Positions 39,684 to 49,922 of a stretch of DNA of 64,000 nucleotides are shown one piece after another; positions within the stretch are counted from its first letter, which is position 1, and each line of letters opens with the position of its first letter. This stretch comes from Spirochaetia bacterium (lineage in GTDB: Bacteria; Spirochaetota; Spirochaetia; SZUA-6; Bin103). The translations under genes and the position numbers were made by a program. The notes beneath the pieces were generated by a model. That model saw nothing but the letters and a program-made list of their open reading frames with translations, did no database searches and was not told the origin of the DNA. The stretch lies in assembly GCA_965198005.1 (NCBI GenBank), contig CBDAOI010000004.1, forward strand, positions 2,112,001-2,176,000, given 5' to 3'.

Positions 39684-39838
39684 CCGGACCGGCGGCGGCA
39701 CTCCGGTCGTGCCGTCCCTGCGAGACCGGTTCGGCGTGGCGCACACCCGGCATTGAACCGTTCGCCGGTACCAGCGTCAAATACCCCGCCTGCTGCCCTG
39801 CTGCGCCCGGCGCCGTGCGAGCTTGCCGCCGGCGCCGG

Positions 39839-41140
39839 TCATCCGCGGCCACCGAGCAGCTCGCGGCCGAGCCCGGCCGCGGCGCGCAGCAGTCGCGGAT
39901 CGCGCCGCGTGATCAACGCGATGGCGCGCAGCCGGCCGCGGAAACCGGACACCACCGCGCCCGTGAATACCGTCGCGGAATCGATCAGCGCGGCCGCCGG
40001 CCGTCCCGGTTCCGCGCCGGAGTGATCGACCACGGTCAGATCGACGTCGAACGTCACCGGTTCGGGCAGGTCGACGATCACCTCGGCCGCGTCCACGGCG
40101 CCGCCGGTGGCACGCGCCAGCTCGGCCGCCAGCCGCTGCTCCACCTCCAGGCGCGCGGCCGGCGTCTCGAGGGCGCGATGGGTAGGACAGTCGGGGTCGT
40201 AGGGCACCGCGTACGCCCGCCGCAGCAGGTCACGCCGAAACACCCGCTCCGCCAGATCGAACGGCGCAACGCTGCGTTCCCTCAGCAGCCGGCGAAACCC
40301 CTCGTCGTCCAGCCCGTACAGTTCCCGGGGCTCAAGCCGCCCCGCGCGCAGCCCGAGCAGCACTGCCTTCTTGATCATCGCCGTCGCCACCCGCACCGTC
40401 TTGTGCCAGTACACGGTACGGTACATCAGGTACCGCGAAAACAGGATGCTCTCCACCGCCGGCAGTCCATTGGCGGAGATCGCCATGCCGCCGGCGCGCA
40501 GGCACAACTCGCCCAGGACGAAGTCGGTATCCTGGATCCCGTACGGTACGCCACAGTAGTAGGCATCGCGGTTCAGATAGTCCAGCTTGTCCGGATCGAG
40601 CACCCCCGACAACATCGTGCGGAACCGTGCCACCTCGCTGCCGGCGGGAATCGGCCGGCTCTCATCGACGATTGCCGCCACCAGCGCGGGATCGACGCCC
40701 ACGTCTTCACGGATGGTTCGCGCCGCGTCCCGATCGCCGAGTATCCACTCGGCTGTCAGTCGTTCATGAGCGCACACCTCGAGATCCTTCAACGAGTGCG
40801 CAAACGGATAGTGCCCGACGTCGTGTACCAACGCCGCGCACAGAAACGCAGCCGCTTCCTCGACCGACGGGCGCCAGTCCGGAGTGGCGCGCAGTAGCTG
40901 AATGAGCATTCGGCGCGCGAGATGGAGCACGCCGAGGCTGTGGCTGAAGCGGGTGTGGGTGGCTCCCGGGTACACCAGGTAGGCCGGCCCCAGTTGCTTG
41001 ATACCGCGCAACTGTTGGAACGCGGGCGTCCGAATCAGGCGCAGCAACGGCCGGGACACCTCGACGTGACGCCACAGGGGATCCCGGATCGGTTGATCGT
41101 ATGCCTCCCGCGCGTACTCCAGTGCCGGTCTGCTCGCCAT
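39839..41140 (-). CDS. HD-domain phosphohydrolase (dNTPase/YwfO-like)
   Basis: IRDPLW, PGATHTRFSHSLG, VHDVGH, DPDKLDYLNRD, VYWHKT. Confidence 0.9.
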   Translation of the reverse strand: MASRPALEYAREAYDQPIRDPLWRHVEVSRPLLRLIRTPAFQQLRGIKQLGPAYLVYPGATHTRFSHSLGVLHLARRMLIQLLRATPDWRPSVEEAAAFLCAALVHDVGHYPFAHSLKDLEVCAHERLTAEWILGDRDAARTIREDVGVDPALVAAIVDESRPIPAGSEVARFRTMLSGVLDPDKLDYLNRDAYYCGVPYGIQDTDFVLGELCLRAGGMAISANGLPAVESILFSRYLMYRTVYWHKTVRVATAMIKKAVLLGLRAGRLEPRELYGLDDEGFRRLLRERSVAPFDLAERVFRRDLLRRAYAVPYDPDCPTHRALETPAARLEVEQRLAAELARATGGAVDAAEVIVDLPEPVTFDVDLTVVDHSGAEPGRPAAALIDSATVFTGAVVSGFRGRLRAIALITRRDPRLLRAAAGLGRELLGGRG

Positions 41141-41227
41141 CCGCGGCCGCCGCGCCTATTGTACGGGGGCGCCGCCGATTTGACCAATGGGGACCGGCAC
41201 GGCACCTTCTCAGTAATGACGTCAGTA

Positions 41228-41860
41228 ATGACCGTTTCCCGCGCGCACGGATGGTTCCTGGCCCTGGCAGTGCTCGCCGCCTGGGGCGCGGCGGGGTGCG
41301 CGCGCGGCGGCGACGACCCCGCCGCCGGCACGCAGGAGCCCGCGCCGCCCGCGTCCGAATCCGCGGCCGGCGACGGCGCCGGCGCGCTGCCGCGCGCCGC
41401 CCAGCCTGAAGCCACCTTTCTGCAGCACCGCAGTACCCGAACCATGCCGCATGACTTCAGCATCGGCCGGCTGCACGATCGGCTGGCCGGTCGCGCCGCC
41501 GTAACCGAGACCGTGACGCGCTTCTTTGTCAGCCTGGCCGCCGGCACGATCGAGACCCGGCTCATCGCCGCCGATCGGCGCCGGAGCCTGACCGGTGCAT
41601 TGCGGCCGCACCTGGCGGCCGGCCACCTTCCCCAAGCGCTCCGGATCGGCACGCTCGCGGTAGCGGGCGACACCGCGCATGCCGCTATTCGGCTGTTCGG
41701 CCAACCGGGCCGCGCCGCCGGCGAGGTCTACCTCGCCCGCACCGCGCAGGGATGGCGCATCGCAGACCTCCAGATCGACCTGCAGCAGCTCGGCGTGCCG
41801 TACGCCGCCGCCGAGAGAGAGTTTCGCCCGCGCCGCGACCGCTGGATTCTGGTGCGCTGA
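41228..41860 (+). CDS. Putative lipoprotein
   Basis: Lipobox GAAG-C after a hydrophobic stretch; start 41216 or 41228. Confidence 0.6.
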   Translation: MTVSRAHGWFLALAVLAAWGAAGCARGGDDPAAGTQEPAPPASESAAGDGAGALPRAAQPEATFLQHRSTRTMPHDFSIGRLHDRLAGRAAVTETVTRFFVSLAAGTIETRLIAADRRRSLTGALRPHLAAGHLPQALRIGTLAVAGDTAHAAIRLFGQPGRAAGEVYLARTAQGWRIADLQIDLQQLGVPYAAAEREFRPRRDRWILVR

Positions 41861-43458
41861 TGTCCATGGCGCTACGCGTGCGACTTGCCGCACTGCTGTT
41901 GGCCGGCACGGCACTCACCGCGGCCGCGCACGACAGCGGCGACTCGACGCTGACCACCGTGCAGCGGATCGACCGCATTGCGGAGGCCGCAGTGCAACTG
42001 GTGGCCGCCGCCGCCCCGGACGCCCCGGACGCAACCGTCCGCCTGCTGCCGTTTCTCACCGACGCCGGTGAGCGCACGCGGTTCGGACACCGGCTCCGGA
42101 GCGTGGTGTATCTGCGGCTGCTGCGTCACTACCGGGAGACCTCGGTCACGGCCGCCGCCGCAACGCCGGTAGCCGAGTCCACCGCCGCGGACGCGGCTGC
42201 CGCCTCGTCGGCAGCCGCCTTCGACCTGGAGATCGAGATCCAGCCGTTTCGGGCAGTGGTGCGCTTGCTGGTCAAGGTGATGCACGCGGGTGGTCTCCAC
42301 AGCGGCGACTGGGTCGACCTGGACTACAGCCCCGAGCTGCGCGACCTGCTGGGCGATGCCGCGGCTGCCGCCGACCGGTCACCCGTCCCGGCAACCACGC
42401 GACCGGATCCGCTTCCCGGTTCGAACGGCGAGGACCCGTTCGAACCGGATGACGTCGCCGGAGCGGAGGTGGTAATCGACCCGGCCGCCGCGACCGCGTT
42501 TACGCGTTTCCTGACTCCGGGCGACCGCGACCGGTTCTCGTTCTATCTGGGTCAGCCGGCTACGGTCGTGCTGGAGACGACCACCGAGCTCGATAGCCAG
42601 CTTCTGCTCTACGCAGACCGCGACAGCGTCCCGTTTTCGGTCAACGGCGACCGCACCGGTGGCGGCGGCTCGCGGCTGAGACAGGAGCTGGAGGCCGGCT
42701 GGTACGTAGCCGAGGTGGTCGGGTTCACCGATCAGGTCTCGGGCCCGTATCGGTTCCTGCTTACCGTGGATCGCGGCGACCGGGACCGACCGGAGGCGCC
42801 GCCCGCCGACCCGCCCGGTCCCGATCCCGCGCCGCGCGCACCGCCCGCCACCATCACCGCCGGCGACACCCAGGAGCGGCACACCACCGCGGGCGAGGAC
42901 TGGGTCGAGCTGCGGGTGCGGGAGCCCGGCTTCTACCTGCTGGAAGCGCGCTCGTACGGAGCACCCGTGGATCTTTCTCTGCACAGTGACCTCGGTCAGC
43001 CGGAACTGGTTGCCGCGGCCACCGGGTTCTCAACCCGGATCCGCTCCGTCGCTCTGTTCGTGGGGCTGAGCACGATCTACGCCCGGACGGCGACCGGCAC
43101 CGGAGAGGCGATCTACAGCCTCACGCTGAGCCGTGTCGACCCGCCGCGCAGATTTACCGACGGTGCTCCGCTCTCGGCGGAGCTGGAAGGCGGCGTAGCG
43201 TTCCATACCCTCCGCGTGTTTCGTCCCGGCAGCTACGCGCTCACGATCAACGGCAGTTCCGACGCGGTCGCCGTCAGGGTGTTCGGCGTGCCCGACATGC
43301 ACCCCCGACCGGAGCGCGCGCACCCGTCGGGCGCCGGCGTGCGCGAGTATCAACTGACGTCCGGCGACTATCTGGTAGAGCTGACCGGCGCGCGGCCCGG
43401 CGCGCGCGCCCGCGTGTGCTGGGCACCAGCCGCCGCCGCGGCACAGTGCCGCGCCTGA
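41860..43458 (+). CDS. Secreted protein with PPC-like beta-sandwich domains
   Basis: Signal peptide, DPFEPDD, GDRDRF, LEAGWY, SGPY repeats. Confidence 0.65.
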   Translation: MSMALRVRLAALLLAGTALTAAAHDSGDSTLTTVQRIDRIAEAAVQLVAAAAPDAPDATVRLLPFLTDAGERTRFGHRLRSVVYLRLLRHYRETSVTAAAATPVAESTAADAAAASSAAAFDLEIEIQPFRAVVRLLVKVMHAGGLHSGDWVDLDYSPELRDLLGDAAAAADRSPVPATTRPDPLPGSNGEDPFEPDDVAGAEVVIDPAAATAFTRFLTPGDRDRFSFYLGQPATVVLETTTELDSQLLLYADRDSVPFSVNGDRTGGGGSRLRQELEAGWYVAEVVGFTDQVSGPYRFLLTVDRGDRDRPEAPPADPPGPDPAPRAPPATITAGDTQERHTTAGEDWVELRVREPGFYLLEARSYGAPVDLSLHSDLGQPELVAAATGFSTRIRSVALFVGLSTIYARTATGTGEAIYSLTLSRVDPPRRFTDGAPLSAELEGGVAFHTLRVFRPGSYALTINGSSDAVAVRVFGVPDMHPRPERAHPSGAGVREYQLTSGDYLVELTGARPGARARVCWAPAAAAAQCRA

Positions 43459-43487
43459 CCCGGTGCAACCGGTACAAAACCGGATGC

Positions 43488-43517
43488 TTGACAAGTGGCG
43501 CCGTTCGACGTCACATT
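43488..43517 (+). promoter_or_regulatory. Putative promoter of the rpsF operon
   Basis: TTGACA-N18-CACATT. Confidence 0.5.
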
Positions 43518-43574
43518 AGAGTTCGGCGGGAGCCTGGGGAACGACCTCACGACTACCGCTACGGGGAGCGCTGG

Positions 43575-43892
43575 TTGAGATCTTATGAAGCCACGTTCGT
43601 GTTCCGCACGAACGAAGATGCGGTGGAACGCGGCAAACAGAGCGTCCGCAGCATTCTGCACAACGTCGCCGCACGCACCGTGCGCGAGAACGACGTCGGG
43701 GAGCGTCAACTGGCGTACGTGATAGACCGGCAGGAGCGCGGCTTCTACACCTTCTATGAAATCGAGAGCGCTCCCGAAAAGATCCGGGCGGTGAGGCAGG
43801 CGGTCGGGCTGGTGCCGGAAGTGCTGAAGTGCTTTATCGTCCGCGCGGAACAGAGCACCGGCAAGCGCAAGCCGAGGGAGTCGGAGACGTAA
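43575..43892 (+). CDS. rpsF: 30S ribosomal protein S6
   Basis: RSYEATFVF, GERQLAYVI; TTG start after GGGGAG; synteny with ssb-rpsR. Confidence 0.9.
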   Translation: MRSYEATFVFRTNEDAVERGKQSVRSILHNVAARTVRENDVGERQLAYVIDRQERGFYTFYEIESAPEKIRAVRQAVGLVPEVLKCFIVRAEQSTGKRKPRESET

Positions 43893-43893
43893 C

Positions 43894-44334
43894 ATGGCGG
43901 ACATCAATCACGTGGTCCTGGTCGGGCGCCTCACGCGCGACGCCGAGTTGAAGTACACCAACTCGGGTCAGGCGGTTACCAACATTTCCGTGGCGATCAA
44001 TCAGCGTCGCAAACGGGACGACCAGTGGGTGGAGGAGGGACACTTCTTCGACTGTGTCGTGTGGGGCAAGACCGCCGAGTCGTTGAGTTCCTATCTGGTA
44101 AAGGGCAAGCAGGTCGGGATCGAAGGGCACCTGCGTCAGAACCGGTGGGAGCAGGAGGGACGCACGCGCAGCAAGGTCGAGATCTTTACCACCAACATAC
44201 AGTTGCTCGGGAGCCGTTCCGACAGCAGCACGGGGGCCGCCCCGCGCACCGATCGCGACGACCAGGTTCCAGCAGCGCCGCCCTCGGACGGAATTCCCGC
44301 GAACGACGAGTTCGCCGACGACATTCCCTTCTGA
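43894..44334 (+). CDS. ssb: Single-stranded DNA-binding protein
   Basis: [25 protein letters not shown]-terminal DDIPF. Confidence 0.97.
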   Translation: MADINHVVLVGRLTRDAELKYTNSGQAVTNISVAINQRRKRDDQWVEEGHFFDCVVWGKTAESLSSYLVKGKQVGIEGHLRQNRWEQEGRTRSKVEIFTTNIQLLGSRSDSSTGAAPRTDRDDQVPAAPPSDGIPANDEFADDIPF

Positions 44335-44360
44335 ATACGATTTGTTGCAAGGATACTTTC

Positions 44361-44900
44361 ATGTCTGACACACCTTCCACGGCGGCTGCCGCGGCCGAGT
44401 CCGAAGCCGCGGCACCGGTTGCGCCGCCGGTCACCGAGGCCCCGCCTGTTGCCGGGGCCCAGCCTGCCGCCGAGGCCGCGCCTGCCGCGGGCGTGGCCGA
44501 CGCTGCGAAAACGCCGGCCACGCCCTCCGAACCCCGGTCCGACAGCGCCGTCCAGGCCGCGCCGGAACGGGGTGCCGCGCCGTCACGGCCCCCCTACGGT
44601 GGCGCACCCATGCGCGACCGCCGCGAGGTCAACCTGGGCGATCGCCGCGACAGCCGCCCGCGGGGTCGCCCGGGACGGCCGTTCTACCGCAAGAAATACT
44701 GCAAGTTCTGCGCGCGCAGTACCGGACGTGCAGTGGTGATCGACTACAAGGACGTCGACACGATCCGCCGCCTCATTACCGACCGCGGCAAGATTCTGCC
44801 CCGCCGGGTAACCGGCAACTGCGCCAAGTGCCAGCGCAAGCTATCGACCGCTATCAAACGCGCACGCGCCCTGGCGCTGCTTCCCTTCGCAGCGCAGTAG
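44361..44900 (+). CDS. rpsR: 30S ribosomal protein S18 (zinc-binding type) with long N-terminal extension
   Basis: [32 protein letters not shown]. Confidence 0.93.
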   Translation: MSDTPSTAAAAAESEAAAPVAPPVTEAPPVAGAQPAAEAAPAAGVADAAKTPATPSEPRSDSAVQAAPERGAAPSRPPYGGAPMRDRREVNLGDRRDSRPRGRPGRPFYRKKYCKFCARSTGRAVVIDYKDVDTIRRLITDRGKILPRRVTGNCAKCQRKLSTAIKRARALALLPFAAQ

Positions 44901-44931
44901 AGCGAGCAGTCCTGCTTGGAGAAACCGAGCG

Positions 44932-45939
44932 GTGGACGAGCGGGGCTTCCCCAACCGCGTCTGGATCGAGATCGGAGTAGTCGTAGCCGTTGCGCTGGGA
45001 CTGCACGTGCTTACTCCCGGCCTGTCCTTGATCCCTCTTCAGATGCTCGTGGTGCGCCACGGCCGGCGGCCGTTCAGCTATGCGATGATCCTGCTGGTGC
45101 TGGCGGGCGCGCTGGTGGAACTGATGCTGCGCGGACAACCGGCGGCCGCGGATGACGCGTTGCTGCACGTGCGTTCCATCGGGTTGTTCCTCAACGTCGC
45201 ATTGCTGGGCGGCCTGTGGCTGGTGAACGAGTTCCGGGTTCTGCCCTACCGCAATCTGTTGCGGATCCTGACCGCCACCGCGGTTGCGGGATTGCTCGCC
45301 GTACCGTTCTTCGGCAGGTTCGCCGACGACCCGGAATTCACGACCATGATGAGCCGCATACTGGCCGAGCACCCGTTGTTCGCGCAATCGAACCTGGAGC
45401 CCGGCGCGGGCGCGGAATTGGCCTCCGAGTCGATCGAGCAGCTCACCGCGCTGGCGGGCCGGATGTTGCTGCGCATGGCCCTGCTGCTCTACATGCTGTA
45501 CCTGATTGCCGGCTGGTGGCTGGGGTCGCTCTGGGGGGCACGCTCGCTGGGCATGCCGTCGCCGGTGGGACGCCTGCTTTCGTTCCGCGTCGAACCGTGG
45601 TTCATCTGGGCGGCGCTGGTGAGCGGCGCCGTCGTTCTCGCCGACCTCCTGCTGGGCGGAGCCGGTCCGCTGTCCTACGTCGGCTGGAACGTGCTGGCCA
45701 TCTTCCTGTTTCTGTTCGGCCTGCAGGGCATCGGGGTGCTGCAATGGCTGTACCGGCGGTACAACGTTCCGGCTCCGATGCGGGTGATGATCGGGGTCTC
45801 GCTGGCATTCATGGTGCTGAGCAACGTGTTCAGCCTGGTGCCGTTGCTCGGGCTGCCATTGCTGGGCATGTCCGAGACCTGGGTTGATTTCAAACGGCCG
45901 CGGCCCGGTGCCGGTGCCGCGGGCACTGGTCCGAACTGA
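44932..45939 (+). CDS. DUF2232/YybS-like membrane protein
   Basis: Multiple TM helices, LQGIGV; position between rpsR and rplI. Confidence 0.75.
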   Translation: MDERGFPNRVWIEIGVVVAVALGLHVLTPGLSLIPLQMLVVRHGRRPFSYAMILLVLAGALVELMLRGQPAAADDALLHVRSIGLFLNVALLGGLWLVNEFRVLPYRNLLRILTATAVAGLLAVPFFGRFADDPEFTTMMSRILAEHPLFAQSNLEPGAGAELASESIEQLTALAGRMLLRMALLLYMLYLIAGWWLGSLWGARSLGMPSPVGRLLSFRVEPWFIWAALVSGAVVLADLLLGGAGPLSYVGWNVLAIFLFLFGLQGIGVLQWLYRRYNVPAPMRVMIGVSLAFMVLSNVFSLVPLLGLPLLGMSETWVDFKRPRPGAGAAGTGPN

Positions 45940-45988
45940 GCGTCGGCGTTACAGTGAACGGGTCACACGGCGACCCGAGGAGGAAACG

Positions 45989-46441
45989 ATGAAGGTTATT
46001 CTACAGGCCGACGTCCCAGGAGTGGGCGAAGAGGGCGATATCTGCGACGTGGCGTCCGGTTATGCCCGCAACTACCTGTTCCGGCAACAGGCTGCCGTGC
46101 CCTACTCCAGCCACGCCGTCACGCTGCTGGACCATCGCCGCGGGACGATCGAGCGCCGCAGGGAGGAGAAGCGGGCCGGGGCCGCCGGCCTGCGCGAACG
46201 GTTGGAGAACGAGGATCTGACCTTCCACATGACCGCCGGCACCAGCGGCAAGTTGTTCGGCTCGGTCACCAGCGTCGCGATTGCCGCCGAGCTGGAGAAA
46301 CGGGGCTATTCGATCGACCGGAGACGGATCGAGGTGCCCGACCATTCGCTCAAGCTGGTCGGCGAGCACGAAGTGCGGGTGCGCCTCTACGAGAGTCAGG
46401 CCGCCACCTTGCGGGTGGTGATCGAACCCGACGCGCACTGA
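45989..46441 (+). CDS. rplI: 50S ribosomal protein L9
   Basis: MKVIL, GYARNYL, GKLFGSVT; GAGGAGG RBS. Confidence 0.97.
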   Translation: MKVILQADVPGVGEEGDICDVASGYARNYLFRQQAAVPYSSHAVTLLDHRRGTIERRREEKRAGAAGLRERLENEDLTFHMTAGTSGKLFGSVTSVAIAAELEKRGYSIDRRRIEVPDHSLKLVGEHEVRVRLYESQAATLRVVIEPDAH

Positions 46442-46451
46442 TGCCCGCCTG

Positions 46452-47813
46452 ATGGCCACGGCCGCACCGTCGGCGGCTGCCGGCCGCCGCGACCGGCAGC
46501 TTCGGGACGCCGTTCCGCCGCACAACCTCGACGCCGAGGTAGCCACCCTCGGCGCACTCCTGCTCGATTCGCAGGCGCTGGCCACCGTGTTGCGCTATCT
46601 CCGGGCCGACGACTTCTACCGGGCGAGCCATGGCAAGATCTACCAGGCGATCCTCGCACTGTTCGACCGCAACGAGGCGATCGACCTGATTACCCTCAGC
46701 GAAGAGCTGAACCGTGCGGGCGAACTTGAAGCCTGCGGCGGCAATGCCCGGATTCTGCAGCTCACCTCGGCGGTCCCTACCAGCGCCAACGTCGAGTACT
46801 ACGCGCGCATCGTTCGGGCGTTGAGCATGCGCCGGGCGCTGCAGCGGATCTCGGCGGCGATCATCGCCGATTCCCATGACGAGACGCTGGAAGTGCGCTA
46901 CATCATCGAGGAAGCGGAACGGCGCATCTTCGATATAACCGATCGCCAGCACAGCGGCTCGTTCCGACCGGCGAAAGAGATCATCGCGCAGACGGTCGAG
47001 GCGATCGAACGCCTCTACCACGCCAGCGGCAGCTACACCGGCATCCCCAGCGGATTTCCGGATCTCGACAGCCTCACCAGTGGCTTCCAGAACTCGGAGT
47101 TCATCATCATCGGGGCGCGCCCGTCGGTCGGCAAGACCGCGCTGGCGCTGACGATGGCCGCTCAGATTGCGGTTGAGCAGCAGCGTCCGGTCGGATTCTT
47201 CACCCTGGAAATGTCCGCCGTCGCCTTGATGCAGCGCCTGCTCGCCAGCGAAGCGCGCCTCGACTCCAACCGGATCCGGTCGGGGCTCCTCAAGGCCTCC
47301 GACTTCCACAAGATCACCGAAGCGGCCGGCCGCATCTACGATGCCCCCTTGTACATCGAGGACTCGCCCAACCTCAAGTTGCTCGATCTCCGCGCCCTGG
47401 CGCGGCGGATGAAGTCGAATCACGCGGTCGAGATCGTGTTCATCGACTATCTGACGCTGATCACTTCCGAGCACCTCGAGCTGGCCCGCCACGAGCAGAT
47501 CGCGGAAATCAGCCGTTCGCTCAAGGCCCTGGCGCGCGAGTTGGACCTGCCGGTGGTCGCGCTGTCTCAGGTGCGGCGCGAATCGGAAGGGAAACTGCCC
47601 AACTTGGCGGACCTGCGGGAGTCCGGATCGATCGAGCAGGATGCGGACGTGGTGATGTTCCTGCACCGTGAGCGCGGCACGGACGAGAATCTGAACGACG
47701 TGGAGACCGACCTGATCGTAGCCAAGCAACGGAACGGTCCGGTCGGCAAGGTCAACCTGGCGTTCATCCCCGAGTATACCAAGTTCGAATCGCTGTCGAA
47801 TCGGACTCCGTGA
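46452..47813 (+). CDS. dnaB: Replicative DNA helicase
   Basis: PPHNLDAE, GARPSVGKT, IDYL, LADLRESGSIEQDAD, KQRNGP; no intein. Confidence 0.97.
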   Translation: MATAAPSAAAGRRDRQLRDAVPPHNLDAEVATLGALLLDSQALATVLRYLRADDFYRASHGKIYQAILALFDRNEAIDLITLSEELNRAGELEACGGNARILQLTSAVPTSANVEYYARIVRALSMRRALQRISAAIIADSHDETLEVRYIIEEAERRIFDITDRQHSGSFRPAKEIIAQTVEAIERLYHASGSYTGIPSGFPDLDSLTSGFQNSEFIIIGARPSVGKTALALTMAAQIAVEQQRPVGFFTLEMSAVALMQRLLASEARLDSNRIRSGLLKASDFHKITEAAGRIYDAPLYIEDSPNLKLLDLRALARRMKSNHAVEIVFIDYLTLITSEHLELARHEQIAEISRSLKALARELDLPVVALSQVRRESEGKLPNLADLRESGSIEQDADVVMFLHRERGTDENLNDVETDLIVAKQRNGPVGKVNLAFIPEYTKFESLSNRTP

Positions 47814-47823
47814 CGGCGCCGCC

Positions 47824-49905
47824 CTACTGCCCGTAGGGGGTGACGACGTAGCGGTCCGCGCCGCGCGATTGCGCCACCTCTCCGGGTGGCGAGACCGCCA
47901 GCCATTCGAGGTCCCGAAACAGGTAGAGGTTGAACAGCACGCTGCGCCGGGCCCGGTCCCATACGGTGAACGAGGCGTCGGCATTGACCGACACGAGCAG
48001 CGTATCGGTCACGGTGAGTTGCCGCGGCCGGTGGCCCGACTGCTCCAGGTCGAGGAGCGTGTTCCCGTCCCACGCCCGTACCGTGTCTTCGCCAAGCGAG
48101 GAGTAGACCTGCCGCCGATCCGGGGCCACGGCGAGAGCGGCGAACAGATCTTCTCCAGGGTACGCGTCGATTACCCGTGAATGCGCGGCGTGGCGCCCGA
48201 AGTGCTGTTCCAGCACGGTCCGCCTACCCTCTTTCGCCACGCCCAGACTGACCAGCAGCCCGTTGTCGAGCAGGGCCAGGTCGTAGACCAGCAAGGAGGC
48301 CAGGGACAGAGGCAGTGTCTCTTCGGTGTCGGTGTCTACGTGCAGCAGCGGCGCCGCGAGATTGGATGCGCTGCGCGCGGCGATAAGCCGATTCGCGCTG
48401 CCCACCACGGTGCGCGCTCCGGGCGCCCAGAACCGCTGCAGCGGCCGTACCGGCCGGCCGCGGTCGGCGGCGAGCACCGCGCGCAGCGAGTAGAGCCGGA
48501 TGGTGCCCGCGCTGTCCAGCACCAGCAGGCGTTCGTCATCCATGACGCTCACCTGCCGCACCGGCGCCTCGAGCCCGGTCAGCCGGTAGCGAACCGCGCC
48601 GCTGCTCGGGTCGACCGTCGCCAGTGTGCCGGTCGCGCCCGCGCGCGGCCATATCAAAAAGGTCGCCCGGCGGGTGAACGGCGTCGTCCCGCCCGCCGCC
48701 GGCGGAATTGCGGTTACGCCCACCGGCGTCCCGAACGGATTGCGAATCACCTGCAGTCCGAGACTGGCCGGCAGGCGGCTGTCCGACCGCGGACTCGACC
48801 TGAAACGCGCCAGTATCAGCCGATCGCCGGTTGCCGCAAGCACAACGTCGGGGCGCCCGGCACGGCCCTCGACCGCCGCGAGTTGCACGCCCGTCAGCAA
48901 TTCGTTCCGCAACACGCGCTCTGTGCCGCCGCGCGGGTACAGTTCGGCGATTCCCCCCTGATCGGCGATGAACACCGACCGGTCCCCGTACGCGACCGCG
49001 GTCGCCGCTCCCTCCAAAGCGATCCCGCCGCTCACCCGGCGGCGCAGGCCCCGATCAATCTGCAGCCGGTCCGCCACGGTCTCGTCCCGGCTTCCGGTGC
49101 GCGCGGGGCGCAGCAGCGTGAGCTCCGAAATGCGCTCCGAAACGGCGAATCCGAGCGCATCGGGAACCGCGACCCGTCCCCGGACCCGGCCGGTAACGAC
49201 GTCCACGACCACCAGATCGGGCCCGTCACGGGCAACCATGAAGGCCTTGTCGTGACTGATGGAAATCCGATCCAGCCCCGGCGGTGCCCCGACCTGCGCG
49301 CTCAACGCGCCGCTCCGAGCGTCCCGGTACTGAATCAGTCCGGTCGGCTTGTAGGTCATGACGGTGCGCTCGTTGGTGGAGGTGGTCACGAACGACACGA
49401 TACCGAATGGTTCCCAGGTGCGGCCTCGGACCTCCCCGGTCAACGGATCCAGGAACACGACGCTGTCGAACCTGGCCCGCGTGTACACCAGTGCCGTGCC
49501 GCGGCTGGTGAAGCCGAAGTGAAGCGGCTCCTCTTCCACCAGGCGGGCGAACAATCGCTGGCCCGTGCTCCAGTTCCACACGCCGATCGACCTGGCGCCG
49601 GACTGGGTCCCGCTGCCGGTGGTCACGACCGCGGCCAACAGCGGCCGCGCCGGATGCACGGCGATCCGGTCCACCGGGTTCATTCCCAGGCGCACCTGCC
49701 CGACAATGCTGCGCCGGGCGTGACTCCACACCCGCACCGAACCATCCTCGCCGGCGGAGAACAACAATCGGCGGGCGGCGTCATACCGCAGTGCGGTCAC
49801 CGCCCCGACGTGGCCGCTGTTGATCAGCACCGGCTGCGCCGTGGCGGCCGCGGCCGCGCTCGCCAGCAGCGCCGCGACGAGCACCGGAGCAAGGCGTTGG
49901 GGCAT
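47824..49905 (-). CDS. Secreted WD40-repeat protein
   Basis: Signal peptide; GHVGAVTAL...SAGEDGSVRVW; start ATG 49905. Confidence 0.75.
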   Translation of the reverse strand: MPQRLAPVLVAALLASAAAAATAQPVLINSGHVGAVTALRYDAARRLLFSAGEDGSVRVWSHARRSIVGQVRLGMNPVDRIAVHPARPLLAAVVTTGSGTQSGARSIGVWNWSTGQRLFARLVEEEPLHFGFTSRGTALVYTRARFDSVVFLDPLTGEVRGRTWEPFGIVSFVTTSTNERTVMTYKPTGLIQYRDARSGALSAQVGAPPGLDRISISHDKAFMVARDGPDLVVVDVVTGRVRGRVAVPDALGFAVSERISELTLLRPARTGSRDETVADRLQIDRGLRRRVSGGIALEGAATAVAYGDRSVFIADQGGIAELYPRGGTERVLRNELLTGVQLAAVEGRAGRPDVVLAATGDRLILARFRSSPRSDSRLPASLGLQVIRNPFGTPVGVTAIPPAAGGTTPFTRRATFLIWPRAGATGTLATVDPSSGAVRYRLTGLEAPVRQVSVMDDERLLVLDSAGTIRLYSLRAVLAADRGRPVRPLQRFWAPGARTVVGSANRLIAARSASNLAAPLLHVDTDTEETLPLSLASLLVYDLALLDNGLLVSLGVAKEGRRTVLEQHFGRHAAHSRVIDAYPGEDLFAALAVAPDRRQVYSSLGEDTVRAWDGNTLLDLEQSGHRPRQLTVTDTLLVSVNADASFTVWDRARRSVLFNLYLFRDLEWLAVSPPGEVAQSRGADRYVVTPYGQ

Positions 49906-49922
49906 GATTCGCGCGGCCCCCG

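Noticed and set aside
39684-39838. ncRNA between DUF503 and the HD gene
   Set aside because: Only short GC-rich hairpins; no clear promoter-terminator pair or family motif
38300-40897. Long alternative-frame ORFs (also 27222-29294, 36225-38108, 48181-50004, 56632-59295)
   Set aside because: Antisense shadows of real genes, expected in high-GC DNA; Arg/Pro/Gly-rich with no motifs
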